64,000 bases of DNA. Source: Vicugna vicugna (lineage: Eukaryota). Below, one piece after another: positions 58,190 through 64,000 of this stretch (position 1 is the stretch's first letter; the number at the start of each line of letters is the position of its first letter). The position numbers and the translations under genes are program-made. The stretch covers positions 1 to 64,000 of the forward strand of contig MU057733.1 in the NCBI GenBank assembly GCA_013265495.1, in the 5' to 3' direction. The notes beneath the pieces were generated by a model, which saw only the letters and a program-made list of their open reading frames with translations, searched no databases and was not told the origin of the DNA.

Positions 58190-60062
58190 CCACTCCCAAA
58201 AGCCATCCCTACTTATCTTAAGAAACTTGTGAGTATTGAAAAAAACTTTTTCTGGCATTAGGAGCATAAAGCCATCCTAGGAGCAACTTGTTTTTCTCCT
58301 CAAGCCTTTGAGACGGAAGTGTTACCTGGTCTTCTCCAGGTAAACCCCTATTTCACTATCTTTTTAAAATACACATTTCGAGAAAGGGGGTAAGTAATTT
58401 GGAAACGGACTTCTTAAGGACAAATAGAAATCTTGTGTCTTAGTCATCTAGATGTGCAACTTTGACTGTTTTCATCTTCCAGAAACCTGATTTGACTCCA
58501 ATCTCTTGTAACTGATGAGTCTTAACATTGTACCTGATTCATGGCTGACATTCTGGAATGGGAACTATGAGGTCTGTGTTTGTGTGTTTGTATGTATCTA
58601 TATGTGTGTTGTAGACCTGTGGCATTGCCAAAATTAATTTGTAAAAGAGCACTATCTAATTGGCTATAGGAAATTGCTTGCTTATGTAAATACTTAGAAA
58701 TAGAAACATAACTCGCCAGAGTGAATTTCAGGTTCATGGGATCTGGAAAATATTCAGTATTGAATAGGTATCTGGGATAGAAGCTAGCTTACATCTGTTG
58801 GTTTGATTAATACAGACATATCTTTACAGTCATCAACGTTAAGCATAATGCTTCTGTTGCACCTAGGAAGGAAAGTAAAATTAAAGGTACTAAATGAATA
58901 AGGGAAACATGTCAGGATGCCCGAAAGTAAGATGCGTGTTTTCAGTAAAAGAAGGTATAAGGAATGGAATTGCATTTTGTTAAGTGAGAAGAAAGCAGAT
59001 TTTTATACTAAAGCCGTTTGCTTCTAAATGGAAAAGAAAATAGGGGACAAAATAATATGGATACAGAAAGTTGTGGAAGGTTTGTGGAAGAGGAACCCTG
59101 AGGCATTTCAGAGAAACAGTAAATGAACTAAGATCATTTGGTAAGTTAAGTTAAATGTAATCGGTCATAATTCTGGTGGTTGTGACCAAGTCTTTTCACT
59201 GATTACGTTGTAATTCGGTACTTAACCATGCCTTTTAAGTCTTTTGTCATTTATAGACAGCTCTCTGGTGCTATTGCAAAAGTGCTTCATCTTCAAGAAG
59301 ATTCATAAGAAGGCTATGGAAGCGGTGACAACAGTTACCACATCAAAATGACAGCTATGTGAGGACACCGCCATCTAACTCAAAACAAGCTGTCCTGTCC
59401 CGGGAGCCCTAGATTAGGTATTGAGATAGAGGGTCAGTGCCCCAGCTCAGCCCTTAAGCAGTTTCCAAAGACAGACCATTGCTCCTCTGCACCCCAAAAA
59501 ATTATGGGAGTAAAATCTCTGAGGGGGGAATGAGACAGGATGGAAGGGGGCAGGCAGAGCCATTCAAGGAATGACAGCAACTTAACACCAAAATGGTGGA
59601 AGATTCAACTCCCAGTTGGCCTTGGGGATGAAGATGGTGGGAGGTTTAACTTCTAGTAGACCTTGAGCTTCCATATACACCCAATGCAACATATTAGCAT
59701 GATAAATAACATGCCCACAGGCGCCATGGCAGTCCCAAGGTGAGCCACAGAAAGTCAGAGAGTGGGCAGTGGCCCAATTCCTGGGAACCCCAGCCCTTTC
59801 CTCAGGGCAGCTGGACTAGACCTCCCACTTGTAGGTATGGAGCTAATGAGCCCATAAAAACGCACCACCACGCCTGGTGGCCGCCTCTCTTGCTCCCTCC
59901 TCCTCAGAGATGGCCTGCACCCTGTCTGTGGAGTGTGTGCCTGCTTTTACTGTAACCTGAACACCCAACCCCTACACCTCGTGGCCTTTCTCTTGCCTTT
60001 TGAAACAGCCTGCACTCTACGCAATACTGCGTATCTCTCTAAATAAATCTACCTTTACTCAG
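58190..60062 (+). mobile_element. ERV remnant: probable internal sequence, polypurine tract and 3' LTR (LTR about 59531-60062, truncated)
   Basis: ctctgaggggggaa|tgagacagg is a PPT-TG junction; LTR motifs are shared with the 25.7 and 30.4 kb copies; aataaa near 60042. The internal boundary is uncertain. Confidence 0.7.
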
Positions 60063-62839
60063 AAAAAAACAAAGTCTACCTTGTCTGATATGAACATTGC
60101 TACCTCGGCAGTATTTCAGTTACGTGGGGTGCTGCAAGGGTATCGTCTTCAAAAATGAATCTACTTTACATTCTGATGTGTAGCGATTAACGCTGTGTGG
60201 CTTGTCAGTACAATAGGCTACATTTCCTGTGCTGGGCGGCCAGTTCTGTCCAATGAGTTGAATAGAAGTGTTATGTATGACTTCTTACGCTAGAATTTAT
60301 GTTATACTCCAAAGCCTTTTTTGCCTTCTGTCACAACTAGCACTGTTTCAGAGAGCAGACACTCTATAAGCTAGGGTCCCTGTGACAGGTATGAAACTTC
60401 AGTGAGAAATGAATTCAAGTTACTCTCAGGGTTGGTGGTTTCTGCAGCATATTTTAGCCTATCCTGACTGAATTCAAGAAGGCTTTTCTGCAAAAGTAAA
60501 AAAAGGGTTCAAGCTCAACGAAGAAATTTACAAAATCACAGTATTTACAATGAACATTGTAAGAACAATGTTCTTAAGAAAAAATATTTCTATAGGCAAC
60601 GAGTTCAAGAACTCAAAAGCTTTAACAACTGGTTACATTAAAAAATGGTGAGGCATATACACACAGTCATTGCAGTGTGGTGTAGTGGATCGTCACACAG
60701 GTTTGAATCCCAGAGTTTTTACCACTTAACAGCTAGGCACCTAACTAAAGGCTCAAATCCCTTATGTATAAATTTAGGACAATATAGGATTATTTAAAGG
60801 TAATCAAACTACGAAAATTACATTATAAAATCTTTAATAAATGGTAGCTGTCATAATAGCTATATTAATCATCTGGTTAGTCTGGCAATATATATCAAGT
60901 TGTAGAATTACTACGTCTCCCATTCATAATGCATACAACTGGCTTAATTAATTGAAGGCCAATATATATATACATTTTTCTTGGCTTTCCTTCTAAGATT
61001 CCGCTTAGGCTTATTACCCCAAACAATGCATAAACGTTGTGTTACACACTTTAAGCCTATCTTGAATTTTCAACTCAGGTGTTGAGGTACATACTATTTA
61101 AGGAACCAGGGGATACACAGGATAAACATGTAGGGCAAACACTTCATGTTTTCTCAAAACTGTACTTCAAAAGAACTTCAGTGTCTACGTACGAAAAAAA
61201 GTAATCACGCTTCCATTTCCCTTTGAAATTACATTGCTTTGAACGCCAATAGAAAGCATTGACTGGGGTACCCAAAATTTGGTGACCAAAATCTGATGAC
61301 ACCAGCTTTTGTATTCTCTGCCATACTCTTAAATGTTTAGATATTAGATGAACAGAATGGCATTTTAAAACTGATTCCAGAGATTGAGATTCTGAAGCCA
61401 AGTTGAGGGACCACAGTATCATTTTTAAGTGCTTCAGCTGGAAGGGGGACGTGACCAGAGGTGATCGCATGCCTGGATTGGACTGGATGCTTCTAAGCAT
61501 GGAGCTATGGGAACAAAAGAGCACTGTCCTGGGAAAAGGCATTAGGAGGAATAACAAATGAAGGTTCAGTGCACTGCTGCAAGTGACCGTTGGCATTTCT
61601 AGTTTTTTTTTCTTCTTCTTTCAACTTAAAAAGACTGCGTTTTCCCTTGTTATGACTTAGTAATGCCAACATTTTTGTCCTCATAGACAAGCCTAGTCAA
61701 CTAGTCGCTATTTACATCATCCTATTAAGCGAAATTGTCCCAAATCAACTAACCAAATTGTAGAACACCATCTGATAACTTCTTGTGTTCAAGACCTGAA
61801 CTCATTATTTCTACTTTAACTATTACATGTATGTCATCTCCTAGGATGTATTATGGGTATTTCTGTTATTAGTCGTATTTATGAGATAAAATATACTTGG
61901 ATAAAAAGCAAATCTCATCATGTTAAACACTATACAGGTAAGGTTTATAAAGTAAACTGATTTTTAGCACCATATATTTGAACTAAACGTTTCAAACTCA
62001 AGACATTTTTCATGAGTCATGATGGCACCTCCTCTCAATAAAAACAATGTTTTATGGGTTGTATAATTATTCAGTAATCAATTACACAAAATCATCTTCC
62101 CAAGAGTAGGCTGCAAACAAAACTACCCATGTTAAGTTACTAGCCCCAGTCACAAAGACCTCAGATTAAAAAAGGCAATCTCCCTCAGGTGTCCTTTTTG
62201 TTCCTTTTTCCCTGGTTCTAAGTTTTCAGAATGGAGTATATTAAATGCTAAACTCGCATGAAGAGATGGAAGCAAATTCTTTAAAACATGAAGTGGAGAA
62301 TCATTTTTTACTCAAATTTTGAGGCTTTTACTTAGTTTTATCGATTAAAAAGGGGACAAGGATGTTTGTCCCTTTAGATTAACAGGAGCTATGCAGAAGT
62401 ATTTCAGATTAATGAAACAACAGTTAAGAACTCACATGCCTAAAACTCATTTGAATGAATTCCAAAACCTATCAAGGTATGTAAATATTAATATGCAAAT
62501 GAGAAAAACCAAGGCTCAGAAGTTAAGTTGTTCAAAACCAGTCACTAGTTGGTGGAATGAAGTTCAAACCAAGGGCTTCCTCTACTAGTTTCTCCTCGGT
62601 ACAGAACAGTACATTGGTTCAAAATTATCTAAACCTTTAAAAATATTTTGTTTGTAATGCAAAGTACTCAATATGAAACGGTTCTCATAACCCTATTAAA
62701 GAGCTTATCGTGCTAACTTCATCTGCTCCTTCATTTGTTAAAGAAAAATAACACACTTTACTTCAAATGGCACTAAGTGAAGCACAATTGTTTCATATCA
62801 TTTCTTTACAAACTAAGTTAACTTTAAGCGAAATAATGT

Positions 62840-64000
62840 CAATGATGATAAATGCATTTCATTCTTTATTTAATGTTTAAGCTCTCGCACTAGATTTTTA
62901 CAAGCTGGTGAACACTGACAAATTATTTCCCCCACAGAACTATAACCACATGTTCCCGGACAGTATAAATATATGGTTGAGCTAACGTTAATACACATCA
63001 CCATTTTATCAATTACATAATAAAACAAATTGTCAAGTATCCAAATATTAAGTTACACAGCTCAAAAGGCATATAAAATATTAAATGTCTGCTCAATTCA
63101 TTAGCAGAAACCCTTTTTTTTTTTGCAAGAGACTGGGAATCATACTTCAAACAAAAATAAGTTGGTAAACAACTTCAGATTAAGTATGAAAAAAAATTAC
63201 AAGAATTTCAGAAATTTTATGATTAAGAATTGTTTTAGCTACAATAACAAAGTATTTCTACCTTTTAAAAAAATATTTACTAAATTAAAGCGCATATTCT
63301 ACATGTTCTGCACAAGACAAAGGCAACATTTTACTAAAAATACTTAATCGCCCCCTCCCATTCTTTTTTCAGGCCCTCCCTGTAAGTTGCACCCCAAAGT
63401 GCAAACGTTAAAATTAACTGTAAGGCTTTTTCGTCTGGATACATTAAAGACATGTGCTTCTGTACAATGTAGATTTTCAAAACGGAGGTTTTCCTTAACA
63501 GCACAAAATGAGATTCATAGAAAGACATTAAATAATCACTGTTAAGACTTGGTTAATAAAAAGAAAAAAAAAAGGAGCAAATCTGATGTATACTGGGATG
63601 ACGTGGGAGATGTAAACATACTGTGAGCAAATAACCACATAGGCCCTTACTTATGTTCTAAGTTTGAAATGATGGAAGGAATAAACCACGTAAGGTCCAG
63701 AGTTTTCATAGTTCCTGGGATTTTAGTTCTATATGATACTAAAAATATACAAGTATTGTGCTGGGTATTTTGGCACCTAATCTTTCTAAATTTCTTAAAT
63801 ATTGATAAGATTCTGGCATGGAAACATTTAAAGACATAACTGAATACTGCGTGATTTCAGGAAAGGTCAATTGGTACAAATGAACAAATGATAAGCACAT
63901 TTTAAATGCTAAACAGCAAGAATCTTTTGCTAAGTGTCCAAATCAGTTGATCATAACCCAAACATAGAGGCTGTAATTCTGCCAGGCTTGTGGTCTGGTA
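62840..64000 (-). other. Probable 3' UTR of an unidentified minus-strand gene extending beyond the window
   Basis: AT-rich sequence without recognised repeats; AATAAA on minus at 62866-62871. Confidence 0.35.

Overview
Mammalian genomic DNA, very likely a camelid (camel/alpaca-type tRNA-derived SINEs and L1 ends). It looks like a mosaic of duplicated segments and contains no clearly intact, complete protein-coding gene. (1) ~2.2-19.5 kb (+): an unprocessed, partial otoferlin (OTOF) pseudogene with 19 recognisable exons (about human exons 9-27). It is cut off in the middle of its last exon and carries a local GC-drift tract and a tandemly duplicated exon. (2) Inside it, at ~14.5-16.06 kb: an FDFT1 (squalene synthase) retrocopy made from an intron-1-containing transcript, with a tail-to-tail internal inversion and no visible poly(A). 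(3) 20.0-21.0 kb: a CpG-island promoter with no identified gene. (4) ~28.9-55.0 kb (-): a highly diverged, intron-containing paralogue of the cytoplasmic half of MIA3/TANGO1. Its transmembrane exon is dead. Internal exons were lost or disrupted in ways that preserve the frame, so the remaining 13 exons splice into one open frame of about 378 aa except for one GT>GA donor. This is the best candidate for an undescribed system: a possible soluble TANGO1-like coiled-coil/proline-rich protein, or a recently dead copy of one. (5) L1, Tigger1, ERV LTR, MER20 and SINE repeats, and an unidentified 3' UTR-like region at the right end. All homology calls come from manual translation compared with remembered human sequences; no database search was run.
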